NCBI GenBank assembly: GCA_000182565.2
Contig: KQ257473.1
Strand: one strand, 5' to 3'
From: Spizellomyces punctatus DAOM BR117
Lineage: Eukaryota
DNA length: 64,000 nucleotides
Shown piece after piece: positions 50,523 to 63,464 of this stretch (position 1 is the first letter of the stretch; each line of letters opens with the position of its first letter). Below the pieces are notes generated by a model. That model made no database searches. It saw only the letters and a list, made by a program, of their open reading frames with translations, and was not told the DNA's origin. The position numbers were made by a program, and so were the translations under genes.

Positions 50523-51305
50523 TTAACTTGCTCCTAGTTTGGCACCTTCCTCGTCGCCCACCAGCGTTCTTCCAGAGTCAGCATGGACCACGGCACCCTT
50601 TTCTACCGTTATCTCATCCACGTCCATCTCAACATCCACCCCCCTCTTCTTCATCTTGTATGAAATGACGGCCGGCCAAATACCGCCCGCAAACCCACAC
50701 AAAAAGCTCGCAACTAGGGACGATGCCACCAACCACGCCGGTCGATGCGTGTAGTCGTTCGCCCAAACCCACATGGAAACAGCCATAGGAACTTGGAACC
50801 ATCCATTCAAATTTTGGAGAAGGATAATGGACACCAGCGTTGTCCGTGGAAGAGGCGGAGGAGCATTGGAGTCAGCAACAACCACTCGGCACCAAGGTGT
50901 GTGCCGGTCCTCCAGCTTGCGGGCCGATGGTCCGTGTCGACCGTATACACCACGACAGAGTAGCCACAGATCCACTGTCCGTTCCGGAAAAAGTAACAAG
51001 GCATTCAACGTAAAGCACGAGTTCAATATCTGACTTGTGATCTCAATCCACTGGTCTTTTACATGCTTATCGGAGAATGTAATCATGCCCACAAGACACA
51101 TGAATAGGATGGCGCCTGAAACAATGATAACGAGAAGAAGAGAGGCAAAAAAGACATTTCGTGGTGTGACATATGGTCGGAGAGTAACCAGAGTCAGACG
51201 AGGTGGGAAGATGCTTGTACGGAGAGACGGCAGGGATGGAGAGGTGGGACTAGGACAAGTTGCCTTTGGTGCATCTGGCGGCATGGTAAGTGTAGGAGGT
51301 CCCAT
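50523..51305 (-). CDS. DUF2985-like membrane protein (intronless)
   Basis: 260-aa ORF with GAILFMCLVGMI...WIEITSQILNSCFTL...PERTVDLW and about four hydrophobic helices. Confidence 0.72.
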   Translation of the reverse strand: MGPPTLTMPPDAPKATCPSPTSPSLPSLRTSIFPPRLTLVTLRPYVTPRNVFFASLLLVIIVSGAILFMCLVGMITFSDKHVKDQWIEITSQILNSCFTLNALLLFPERTVDLWLLCRGVYGRHGPSARKLEDRHTPWCRVVVADSNAPPPLPRTTLVSIILLQNLNGWFQVPMAVSMWVWANDYTHRPAWLVASSLVASFLCGFAGGIWPAVISYKMKKRGVDVEMDVDEITVEKGAVVHADSGRTLVGDEEGAKLGAS

Positions 51306-51862
51306 GTGTGAGAGGAGTGAAGGGAATGGCGTGAGGAAATCCCGTTTGCAAATGGGGAGCGACCAGCGCTCTGTTCCTGCAAGAGCAAAAAACTCCGAAA
51401 GCCTGCTTTAACGACTTGGTTCCAAGAGTTATTTTGATCACAAAACAAACCGCAATCCAATAATGGAGGGCAAAAACCAAAATAATAAATTCAAAAAGTA
51501 AAACACACACAAAAAAAAAGAATAACAACAATTGCCCTCCAACAAAAGAATACGTTTGTAAAATCCAAATGCTATCAACCAATCTTGACCATCTTCCCCA
51601 ATAAAATTGCAACCATTACGCCTTCTTGGTGTGTCGAATGCATCACAAAACCCATGCTCCTATTTCCCACATTTGCACCTATAAATTCCAATTGTATCCA
51701 CATTTCCTTCCCTTAAAATCCGTACCCTTTCGTTGAGCATGCTACGTTCCATATTTGCAGCTCTGTGTCGTAGTCTTGGTTGACAGGTACATCCACATCC
51801 ACTAGTTGCTTGTCACGTATATATATCACCCAAACCTTGTCGTCGAGAGCACCTCCCTCGCC

Positions 51863-54800
51863 TCAGAACCTGCCAACGGGTTGCAATCGAAAAATGTGTT
51901 GGAAATCCAATGCAGAGTCCATGACGCAGTGCAGAAATTCCGGGTTGGTATTCAGGGTGCGCATGTTCTGCGTGGGAATGATTTGCTGCAATTCTCCGCT
52001 ATCGACGTGCCGAACTTCTATAAATGATGGTTCAAACGCGATTATATATGGCGGAACCAATGCTAACGAAGGGTCGGACAAAAAATTAGGTACTTGCACA
52101 AGTGGGTCATAGAAAGCAAGTCCCATTACCAAAAGCATTAGGATATCCCGTCCAATATATCATCCAATCTCTGTGGGATTTCCGTCCGAGTCGATCGACA
52201 TAGAATGCAAATTCTGCAGAAGAAGGAAAGTTAGATTATAAAACGCACAACGAGGTCTACGCGAAAACTTCACACAGCTAACCATTGTAACAGAGTAAAA
52301 AGTCCCCGTCCCGAATGCGGAAAACGCTGATTGGTTTGACGTCCGACCGCTTGTGAACAAAATCGAGGTTTTCGTCGGTGGGATCCAGTAATCCTGAAAT
52401 TATTTGGAGTTAAATGACAATGATCACTTATGTATCGTCAAGACTGGAAATGAACCTTGCGTATCAAGACTGTTCAGATCCACAATCTCGAAGCCCTTTG
52501 TGCATCCGACGCAGATTTTCGATCTGAGATAATGTATCGAGCTTGATTCAGTCGGCACGTAAAATTCCTGTGTTCAATTAAAACAACAATATGAGTACAA
52601 GGTCAGATAGGAGGCTACCAAGGATACACCGCCTCGCGGGTTGTGGCAAACTGACCTTGAACATCTTCATAGAATCACTGTCTCCGAGCAGGAATTTTCC
52701 AAATTTGCCTCTTTTCTTTGAACTTCCCACATCCTGGGGCTCAAACACCTTCACCGTAGAATTCAAAGCCGTGATTCTCACCGCCGAGACGAGAATACGA
52801 TTATCGCAGAGGCCCTGCTTAAAGAAGGATATGTGGGACGCCACTTTCTTCCCCTTCCTTGCCACAAGGTTTGCTTCTTGTTCTGTAACGTCCAGCACGT
52901 CCAGCGGGAACGTTATCAAATGTTTTTCTGCATATTTTGAACGTAGGAGGATAAAAATGATACGCCAGTAAGCCATGGCAAACGTATGTCGCGCGCATTC
53001 AAACCTACCGGCTAGCAAGGTCAACATGTCATGCTCAGGAAGTACATCCACTTGCTGAATCTTCTCCAAGTCAATAACTCGTTTGAAAAGCTTATCAGCG
53101 TCCACCTGCACAGCCTGGGACGAGGGACCGACGTAGAGCCCGTTATCCGTTCCCAATATCAACTTATTGCCCATAGACACTGAAGAATTGACCTTGTTCG
53201 TGTAGGGAAATGCAGTATCCAACATGGTAACGATCTCAAACCGCCTCTTCTTTTCCGTCACGGCTAACTTTTGCTGCTCGATCGCATCGCGCCATGATCT
53301 TCGATCGGCCTGGTTCGCCGCGTACAGAGTGTACGTCGTCCCTGCTCGACCAAGATGGACAAGGGAGAAGGGATATCCTTTTGTCGCGGTCTCGCCTGGC
53401 GGGGTTACCACGCTTGGTCGCGAGCTAACCATATTCATTTGCTTTGATACTGTTGAATTATGGGACAACGACGTGCTTGGGCTGCTTTTGTGACCGGAGG
53501 AAAATAGGCCAGATCCCCGACGTTGTGCTGTCCCACCTTCCAAAATGTGAAGCATTTCAAGTGGTATCGGCTACGCTGAGAGAATCAGCGTTGTTTCCAC
53601 AAAAAAAAAAGGATTCTGGTCACGACTCACCCGCTTGTACACTTTATAGAAGCCATTCTTTTTCTTCTTGGTGAGCAGTAAAACATGGTCGAACAAAAAC
53701 ACTTGGACATCTATCTCGTTTCCATTTCTTCGGAGGACGAGAGATCCTTCCCGGACTATGGTTCGGCCTTCATTTGAAAGGCCGAGATCCTAGCGAGTCC
53801 CAGGATTGTGAGAAGGATTTCTGCAACATCCAGTCATCGATGGGTATCTCACCAGTGGTTCCCCGGGATTAAAGATCAATTGGTTCTGCAATTGATGCAA
53901 CTTTAATAAATTCTCGGCTCGTCCCGCTTCTCTGTTGATTTTGCTCAAAACATCTTTAATGACGCTGATCGCTTGCGGCAATAAAGCTCTATCGGGATGA
54001 TTCTCCGGTGACTTATCCAGAGCGGATCTGAGAAGCAGCGGATATCGCCCCACGCGCGTAGTCGGCCGAGCCAAGAAACTTTGTATAGGAAGTTTTCGAC
54101 ATTCTGGTTTCCGCTCACAATCCTGAAAAAATCAGTGAGTATCCTAAGAAGCCACGGCTTAGTTTCCCGCGTTCTACCATGACATACCTGCAGGAATTTT
54201 GCAAATTCCGGGTTCATCGCCCGTTCGTGATCCAATGCGCTCTTTGCATACACCTGGCGCGCCCCGTAGTCGACGTAAGCCTCAAACGTGTCAACTACGC
54301 TCATGAATATATCTCCAATCTTATCAACAATTTTGTTCTCTTGCTGTCGAGCAACGAGTTTCCTCAACAGCTTCGAGTTGATAGTGTGCAGCTGCCTGAG
54401 GTTCAAGAAGACGTCATTAATGAAGCCATCCCGTCGACTGGGGTCTATAATGTCGCTCTTTCGCAATGGTTCCACGAATACCTGGATGCGATGCAACAAA
54501 CATATTAGGAATCATTAACTTGGTGGGAGGGAGGTAGGCAGTGAAAGCATACCGATTGTATCAATTCTAAATCGGCAACGAATTCCCGTTCCGTTTGGAT
54601 AGTTTCAAATATAATCTCCTGTCGCTTCCTTTCCGTTGCAGACACAGATTCTACGATCTCTTTCGGAACCGATGTCGACCATAGGTGTCCCTACATGGTA
54701 TATGAGACATTGTACCTTAGACCATCTGTATGTCAGGAGAGTTTTTACCTTTTTGTCCTTGTCGGCTAAAGAAGCCCGGCTAGGACTACGTTGTAACTGC

Positions 54801-56288
54801 GAGCTTGTTTGACTTAGCAAACGAGTTTGCTGCAAATACAAAAGCAATCAGTTGAATGAAAAACGACAGGATAAAGATAGACCTATACCTGTTCCAAGCG
54901 TCTCGGACAGGCAATGCTGTAGCAAAGTCGGTCACGCGTGCAGGTGGGAGAGTAGCAGTCCGTCAGTAAGGTAAAGACTCCATTTGGCAGGCCTCCTTCT
55001 TCAGGATCCGCAGTAGCGTCGGGGATATCAGCTACGAGCGGAGTTACTGTTCGGGCTTGGAACTTGTAGAGCTCATTTGAACTGTCCCGTAGGCGGTGAT
55101 TATAGGTAACATCATGAAAGAACTTTTGAGCATCCAATGCTCGACCAAGTAGTAGCGCTAAATTCCGATCCGTGGTTTTGATGATAAAGGCAATTGTATC
55201 CTGCCAGTAGCGTGGACATTGATCAATGACCTTTCAGAGGTGGTGCAGACCGAAAGGAATGAACTCACCACAGCATCGCGTCCAACAAAGCAATCCGTGT
55301 ACTCTAGAGAATCTTTGGTGTGTGTAGATAGCGGTACTTTAACTCGAAAGGCATCCGCCACCTTCGACAGAAGTGCGGGATAGACCATTGGTATTCTAAC
55401 ATCTTCCGAGTCACGTTTATGCAGGCTGCTGTGCTCGCTGTCGAATCTAGGAGGTGGCTGTGGGACTCCCGAGCTTCGACGGCTGCCTAGAAACCACGCC
55501 AAAAATCGCTTCAGAAACTAGTGTGCGCTGAGAGTGCAAATCTCCAGCCACCATAGCAGAAGATCTCTCGAAGCTAACCCCGCGTTTGTTACAAGTCCAC
55601 CCATCCACCTATACATATACCACTTACAAATGTCCAACGGTCGGTACGACTCACCTGGGATGGAGGGTGGAGATGATGGAGGAACTGACGAAGCACTACG
55701 CCGCTGTTGAGGATATCGAGGTTCTGGTGGTGGTAATACGGACACTGGCTGAGGGCGCACGCCGCCCTGTAGCTGCGATGGCGGGACAATATGTTCATTG
55801 GCAGTCGGCCGTTGATGAGGATGAGGTGGAAGTGAATGCTGCTGTTGATGCTGATGCTGTTGATAATAATGATTTTGATTGCTGTGATGAATTGGTTGCT
55901 GTTGCTGCGGCGGGTAATCAGGGCGCACAAGGGGCGGAACAAATGGGACGGGAGCTGGAGGTAATGGACGGTTGTAGTGCGGCATGGGACCATCGTAAGG
56001 TCTCTCCGCATAAGGATTCATTGCAGGTGACATGTAAGGTACAACATACGGTCGCTGGAAGCCTCCGTTCTGCGGGTACCCTGTCGGAGGGAAAAAGGGA
56101 CGCATGGGGGGTGCGCCGTTCGGCAGAGATCCCGGAGGGAGACCGTCTGGTGGAGACCCGGCTATCAGAGGACTTCTACCAGGACCTCCATACTGGGGAA
56201 CTTGACCCTGTGAGCCCGGTGGCAAGTAGAAATGCCCGTTTCCCGCAGGCTGCCCTAACATTGGTCGGCCAGCAGGAGGTGGTTGCAT
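51863..56288 (-). CDS. ROM2: Rho1 guanine nucleotide exchange factor Rom1/Rom2 (DEP-DH-PH-CNH)
   Basis: Pro/Gln-rich N-terminus; VYPALLSKVA; DEP region ALDAQKFFHDVTYNHRLRDS; NGVFTLLTDCYSPTC...CYSIACPRRLEQ; DH LARPTTRVGRYPLLL; PH YPFSLVHLGR; CNH ...PYIIAFEPSFIEVR. Confidence 0.95.
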
Positions 56289-57095
56289 GGCCGTCTAGGT
56301 GAACCCAGGTGCCCACCCGTATAATGTATAGATCCTCGCACAATCTGTTTTCGTGAGAAAGGTGCCTGCCGTGCTAGGTTGTCCACGCACACGTTCGCTG
56401 TTCGATGGGAGGAGAGTTGACAATAGGGTGGAAATTTAGCCCTTTCACTCCGTGCAGGGTTTGACAGTGACAGCACTTTTGGCGGCGACTTCCGAGATGC
56501 AAGCGGCCACTCTTTAAGCAAACGACCTACCTTGTGAGTCCCTCCAATCCAGCGGTCACCCGACGTCGCTGCCTTGGCAAGTCTGTACTGAAAATGAGAA
56601 CGTGGAGGTCGTCCAAAAGTCAATTTCCTACCAGCCAAGTCGCTTTTCCTTGAATAGTGCGGCACAAGGTCACATGATCAAGGCTTCAGGGTCGTGCCAT
56701 GATCACCGTTTGGGGGCTGAGGACTCAATTTGCTTTTCGAATCGAGTATTTGCATAGATTAAACAACAGGCATCCAACTGGGTACGTACATTATCTACGG
56801 AATATGCGTGTGGTCTGACGGTCGCTGGACAGACGTACGCGGCATTGTCGCTGCTGGTATGGCAAATGACCACATTTGTTTTTGGTTTGATGGATGGTGC
56901 ACCATCAGAAGGCATTATGCGCCGTGTGCGGGAAAGTCAACATAATGATCAAAAGCGGGGAGCAAGTTACATTGCACTCTGTATTAATTTGATATACGAC
57001 GATTCTCAACAAGGAAGGCTAGTCATGATAGTGCAGCAAGATATGTACCTTTTATGGTATTATTTTGCTTATTGCAATATAGCAGAAATCAAAAA

Positions 57096-60000
57096 CTATG
57101 CAGTTGCAGCCATCCCATGCCATATCAGACCTGTAGGTAAATGAGCAACATACTGTTTGGCGTGCTCAAAGAGCAACTCTGCTTGCTGCAAGTTCCCGGT
57201 GAGATAATCGAGAAGGATCGCCCTTCAAATAAGAGTTTAAGTCATGAGTGTGACGACAACACCTTGTGAGCAGCCTTACATTGTCCATACGAGCCCTCGC
57301 TTTGGATTCAAATTAAGGGAGGCATACAAAATATGCTGACAACCAACAACGTTTCCAAGTTGCAAAGCAGCTTTCGCCGTGCTGCAAAAGAGTAATTAAA
57401 TATCACTTGCGAGCACTTTGCCGACAACATTAGAGACTTACAGCGGAGAAGCACCCAACGGTAGTTGGCCATGCACAACCAAGTCAATGAGTTCAGCTTG
57501 CTTATCAGCAGGGTATGCTGTAAAACACACCTCCCATAAACGGCATGAGAGGGCGAGGTCCTGTAAACCGGCAAAAAGAACATTAAGCGCCCCTTCCCGA
57601 CAAAAAAAAAGACGTAAATGACGGAGCGTGCAAGACATCCAGACCCTTAGGGGAACCATCTTCATAAATTCCATAGTGGAGCTCTGAGGCCGTCCAGGGT
57701 GAGGTATTTCAACCTTGATATCCCGTAACGCTCTGCCGAGAACAGACATCGTCCTTTTCATCGCATCTTTGGGGATACTGTCTTCTGGTCCCGCGGCCAG
57801 CTCAAACCGGAGATACCTAGCAATCAGCAAAATCAGTAAATCATCGACAGGGTATTTCAATTAGAGAATCCGTTCACGCACTCCATCCACAAAATATGTC
57901 GACTATCCGCTTCCTTCACTGCCTCAACAGCATGATCAAACGATTGACGTATCTCTCGCGGTGCCTCCCCATCAGAAATATGAAGAGACTGCAACATCAG
58001 ATAATTCAGCCACAAATATACATTGGATTTCAGCTGAGTCCTATCAAGGTGTGGGTGAACCTCAGGCGCTCTGTGGGTAGGAACACTCAGAGCAAGGGCT
58101 TTCCGATACAACAACAACGCCTCATCCACAATGCCACCTATGCTCTGCGACGGCAAGGTATGAATCTTCAAAGATCCGGATCAGTTGAAAATAACAGGTG
58201 GTTTAAACGTTCGTCATTCACGTACGTCGTCTAAACCAACAAAAATGGCTCGCACACAATTAACCAGGATGCGAATCAGGTCGTCCCAATTTCCGCTGAC
58301 CAGCGTGAGCTTCGCATATCGATTCCACAGGGCAAACTCTTCTGGTACTCTTTGCAAGTACATCTTCATCGCATTCATTGCCTTGGGGACTTCGCCGAAT
58401 GACTGAACAGAATATAAGACGGAGTATAAACATATGCATCGATTTAGTCTTACCTCCTCAAGCAAGCCGTGCAAGTCCCACAGATCAGGGATGTTTGCAT
58501 GCGCTTGAATTGTTTTCATCAAATAGGTTCGTATCTCATCAGGTTCCTGCCTTGCCACTTGCCGCAGAAAGTTGCAATAGTTTCGAATCAACGCGACGTA
58601 AGGCATCCTCTCCCCTTCTTGGGTAAACATCTTCCAAGATGTTATTATGTGATCGAATATGCTGTGTATGTGTTCTACTGAAGTGTCTGTGTCTCCCGGG
58701 CGGTTCCATCTTTTAAGCCACATAACCTCCCAAAAACGTCGCTTAACTAAATAGTGATAAGGATAATCGTGGAACAGGTCACACGGTAAATCTTCAAAGT
58801 ACAATAGGTGAAGATACGTTAACCATGCCAATGCTAAATCAGCTTTTGATAGGATTTCGAATGCCACCGTTTTACATAGATCGGGGAGAGCCGCCCCAGT
58901 CGAGACACCATCGCCTGCAGTGTCGATCAGTATAGCAGTGGGTGAAGTCGCTGTTAGAAAGGCCCATAGCCAGGATTTGGCGTTTTTCACTCTGCCGTCA
59001 TCCAAACATATCCGTGTGATTTGTAACACCACATCAATAAGAGCACCTGTAGAGTTAACACATCCGATTTAGTTGAATTGACGTTGCAGCCATGAACTAG
59101 ACAAGACAACCTTGGTATTCCGACCCCGAGATTAGGGCATCTATCATCCTCTTTAAAACTTCCTCTTTTCGAGCATTCGCCGTTTCCCACAGAAACCAGC
59201 GCCATCCGAGCTGCAAAGACTTTGGGAGAAATTGAAGCGCCTGCTCAAAGCTCTCTCGTACGTCCTCCTCTTTCCCTCGGCGACAAAATAATTCCAAGTA
59301 GAATTCCCACAGAACCTCTGAACTGCGGTTCGCTTGCAAAGCTCGTGATAGAATGTTCAAGACTTTATTTAGATTCCCAGAAGACTTCTCCAGCTCTTTA
59401 TTTGTCAGGTCGGGCAGTGCTTCGGTGGCATAGTTCACCCAGTTTTCAACTGTACGTGGGTATCTAGCGACCAGCATTTCAGAATCTTCTTCCGAAATTG
59501 ACGCTTCGAAGTATCGTCCATTCTTCACTTTTTCTCCATTTGCAATCTTTTGGATTCCTGATATTAGGATGGGTACGCGCGGGGGAAGATGCAGGACTGG
59601 TGGAGCGAGGCTAGCAGTTTCGGCTGTGTGGCTATGTAGACCAGTCGATTGCGTCTCTTTCTCCACATCCTGGCGATATGGCTGGGTCGGACAATTGGCA
59701 CTGTGGTCACTTCTTAGCAATCCCTTCAGGTCATGCCGGCGCCCAAGAGATATTGATATGATGCTGTCTTCTCGCGGTTTTTGTTGATGAATAGCCCGTG
59801 TAAGGTCACCTATCGCAGAGACTTTGGCACCTGAAGCCTGCCATCCCTCCTTCAACTCCCTTATCTTCTCAAGAGGCAAATGATTAGGGGTGGTGTAGGA
59901 AATCAAGTCCATTACCATTTCTTCCTCTTTTACAACAATCAGAAACGGAGATTAATCTTCATCCAAGGGCAAGGAGTAAGTAAACCTTAAATACCTGACA

Positions 60001-62469
60001 TAGTGATATCGCGAAAATGCTGCCCTTTGCACTTCTCATCAAAACATTTTCCGCCTTCCAATTCAAAGCGGCAGAGATTCTGGAAGGGGTCAACTTTATT
60101 GCTCCATGTTAAAGATTTTATATCTTTGTCATAGTCTTTGCTGAAGCGGAACGATCTGAACCTCGACAGCGTGCTATTATACGGAGAAAGCTTCTTCTTA
60201 CACACTCCATCCCCGGCCGTGTCATGCTATACCGGCCGGAGATAATCGTTATTAAAAGCAAACGGCGTAGAATGACAACTTGGTGCACAGGGCGTACCGT
60301 GACATTTATACTGTGGACCTCTTCACGCTCACAATTCCACCGACCGTTCGCTGGGAACGGAGACTTGTACACATCGAAGATCACACCCAAATCACTCTCT
60401 CTGCGCAAATAACCGCACACTGCCATCAAAGGCTCGATCGTCACGTCCTCCTGCCATGGCAAATCACCCTGTAGCTTCTCCAGTTCTAAGTCTGGGAAAC
60501 ACGCGACCTGCTCTCGATTCACACCAACTGGTGACTCAGCGTGGTTGGAAGTATCAATGGCTGATACCGTCTTTTTCAAGAACTGTACGAAGTGTGTATC
60601 GGCACGCTGTACGTCACCATGCTGTGTTTCGGGATTGGACAATTTGAGGCGCTTTGATTGCATTCCGGTAGAACTGGAATTGCTACGTTTGGCCCCAAGG
60701 CGTTCGGGCTGCGGTTCTTGTGGCTGAGATTCCTTAGTTAAATCGAGAATCTCTTGCCGTTTTGCTTTGATCGTTTCATGAAGACGAGATATTTTGCTTC
60801 CGTGTGCTGATATGTCTTTATTCAGCAGGGAGAGTTGACTGGCAAGCTCTTCCTCGACCTTCAAGCATGACGCAACGGTCATCTCGTCCTGTTCGATTTG
60901 CCTTTGTAATTCTTCTAGCAGTGCACGTCGCTCTGTTATCGCAGCTTGAGCTTTGTTTCTCTTTTCATGCACTTCCTGGATTTGAGTCTGTAATCTAGTT
61001 CGCTCGCCCTCCTTTCCAACAACTTCAGCCTGTGCAGCGGCAAGGGAGGTTTCGTTATATAGTACTGCCGCCTCTAGTTGTTGCTGGCGCAAATGACGGG
61101 CGGCAGACACCAACGTGCTGAGCTCTTCGCCGGTGGTAGTGCTTTCTGCCGCCGCAACAGGAGCTGCGGAGATCGTGCTGCTTGACACCACTGCTTTGCT
61201 TCCCGCGGATGGTTGCACTGCCGCGGTCGCAGGTGCCCGTACCTTGGATGCTTGATTTCGAACTGGGAGCTCAGCCCCAGATATATTTCCGGCGCTAGAG
61301 CTAACGTCTGTGACAGGTGCTTGTAGTGGCCCTTTCGCCTCGGCCTTCCGCTTTTTTGCTGCGATCAGACGCATTTTGTTTTGAAGAGCCTTCTTTTGCT
61401 GTTCTAACTCTTCCATCCTCTTCCGTACCGCTTCCATCTCTGTCGCAGTTTTCATTTTTACAGCTCTGTGGTTAGGTTCGCTCGCAGGCTCATTGACGTC
61501 CTCTTCTTCCGATTCACTAAGGTCGATGACGTAGTTTATGAATCTCTCACGAATGAACGGCCGCGGCTGTGCATATCCGGCAGTATAGGGAGACACGTTG
61601 TTCAATTCAATTGCTGTCGGTCTACTGTGCTTACCCTCCCTAACGGAACCCCCAACTGAGCGCTAACATCAGCACAAAAAATGGTGAAAGGAGAGGCAGT
61701 GACGAGTACCTTTCACAGTTTCCCAAACACGATCGACAATCCGCATCAATTCATTTTCCTCTAAATCCATGTCTTCACATATTTCTCCTTCTTCAGTGTC
61801 ACTCTCCTTTTGGTGACCGCTGGTGATTTCCCCGCAAGGCAGGGAAGATGTGCAGATCGAGTCGCTCGTGGTGTCAGTAACAGGAAGTTGAGGGGCAGAC
61901 TCAAAAAGAGTTATCCATGGATCATCATTTGGCGCTGCATCAGCTGCTCTGGTGATCTCCTTCGTGCATATATCGCCGCTCATATTGGCGGGCGACACTG
62001 GTCCATCGCTTTCATTCTTCACCTCTGAATTGAGAAGGTCGCTCTGAGGGAACTTGGCAGGAACAGCCTTCCGATTTCCGTCCAAACTGTTAGGCAGAGG
62101 TCCCTTTTCTGCCGCAGGTGAGGAATTGTCTTGAAAAACTACGTCACCGACGCACGCCGTCAGTACGGATCGCTCGATCCCCAACTGCAATATCTGCGCA
62201 GTTGTAAACCCATTCTGCAGAAGCATCATTAGCTGATTTCTCAGGGAAAGCCACTGATTGGGGGAACTTATGAAGACTTGTCAACAAGAAGGAGTAAAGT
62301 GCCCGGTTAGCACTCGGCGACGCACCGCCCAACTGTCTGACTTGCGTCCCATACCCGAAACTTGCATCTCCGGAGGAAGTCGAGCCATGTAGGCCACCTG
62401 GGCAAAGTCCGGTTGTTGCTCTAGCAGCATCAACATGGAAATCTCCACAGTGGGACAACTTGGCAACAT
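57096..62469 (-). CDS. ZFC3H1: ZFC3H1/Red1-like protein (coiled coil, C3H1 zinc finger, C-terminal HAT/TPR-like repeats); 5' end may extend further
   Basis: EEGEI motif, VIDLSESEE, long coiled coil, FRSFRFS...TWSNKVDP...LCRFELEGGKCFDEKCKGQHFRD, and LSRALQAN...LWEFYL followed by helical repeats. Confidence 0.82.
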
Positions 62470-63464
62470 GAACCTGTACCAACATGAGATTTACGGTTAA
62501 TATGATAATCTCAACGGTAAATCAATAGACTATGGAAGTCCGACCCGGAAGGGACCATGGTTAGGGTGGGTGTACTTGTGTAGTTTTGACCGAAGATTTT
62601 GGGAAACGTCGTTTTGGGGAGAGGCCTTCAGCTCGTGATCAATCCCTACGGACTCAGACCCATTAGGGTACACATGGCAGGACGCTGTTGTGAAGACACA
62701 CCACAACCCTCTAGGCGTCAGTGTTGGCGTCGAGATGCATTTCTCTGTTTGTAATGGATCGAGATCACCGCTGCGCACCGTAGGCGATGGGGAGGGTGAA
62801 GACTGTCCAGGCTGTGGCTTAGGTACTTTCGGCTCCGACGTCAACTGCGTTTACCGTCTTACCTTGCACCAATTTTACAGCAATATCCTTCCCGAAGTTC
62901 TCCTACTGAGCGTTCTCCACAATTCAACGCGATGTCTGGCCAGTTCGTCTGCTTGATTTAAAGATAAGAACCCAATAACGCGACATTCGAGGCAACTGAT
63001 GGTGACATCTTTCAGTGATAATCAGATATCTTTCACCTTCATGCGGACCCACTGAAGGGACTCAAGTCGCCGCAGGAATCCTTGGTGCTCTCGCAGTTGC
63101 CGAAGTTGGCCTTGCTTATGGTCGATGGCTGAGTCTCCACATTGAGACCGACGCGGGCATGCCAGAGCACAGTTCAGAAGGTCGGGTCGCAAGCAGACCA
63201 AAGTTGAGGAAGACTGTGATAGAAATGAAACAAAGGTTGGGTTGGGTGATCAATGACACAAGAATCACGAAAAGAAACATAAGTAGATAAAGACGGCCAA
63301 AATACAGAGCATGAAGGAGAAGAGGAAAGAGAAACTTTATTGATATCATGCTTGGAGAGATGAACTGTCTCTGCAGATACGAGCTGCTTCTACATTGTCG
63401 TGATTCCATTAAGATAATTTCTATCATCAATTTGTACTTATTATGACATTCCAAGCATTCTTCA

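Noticed and set aside
56893..56906. 14-bp palindrome GATGGTGCACCATC
   Set aside because: Isolated, with no supporting context; about this many are expected by chance in 64 kb.
5841..62890. RTATCCTT matches as U12-intron donors
   Set aside because: Those I checked lie in exons, on the non-coding strand or in intergenic DNA. The junctions I traced were GT-AG.
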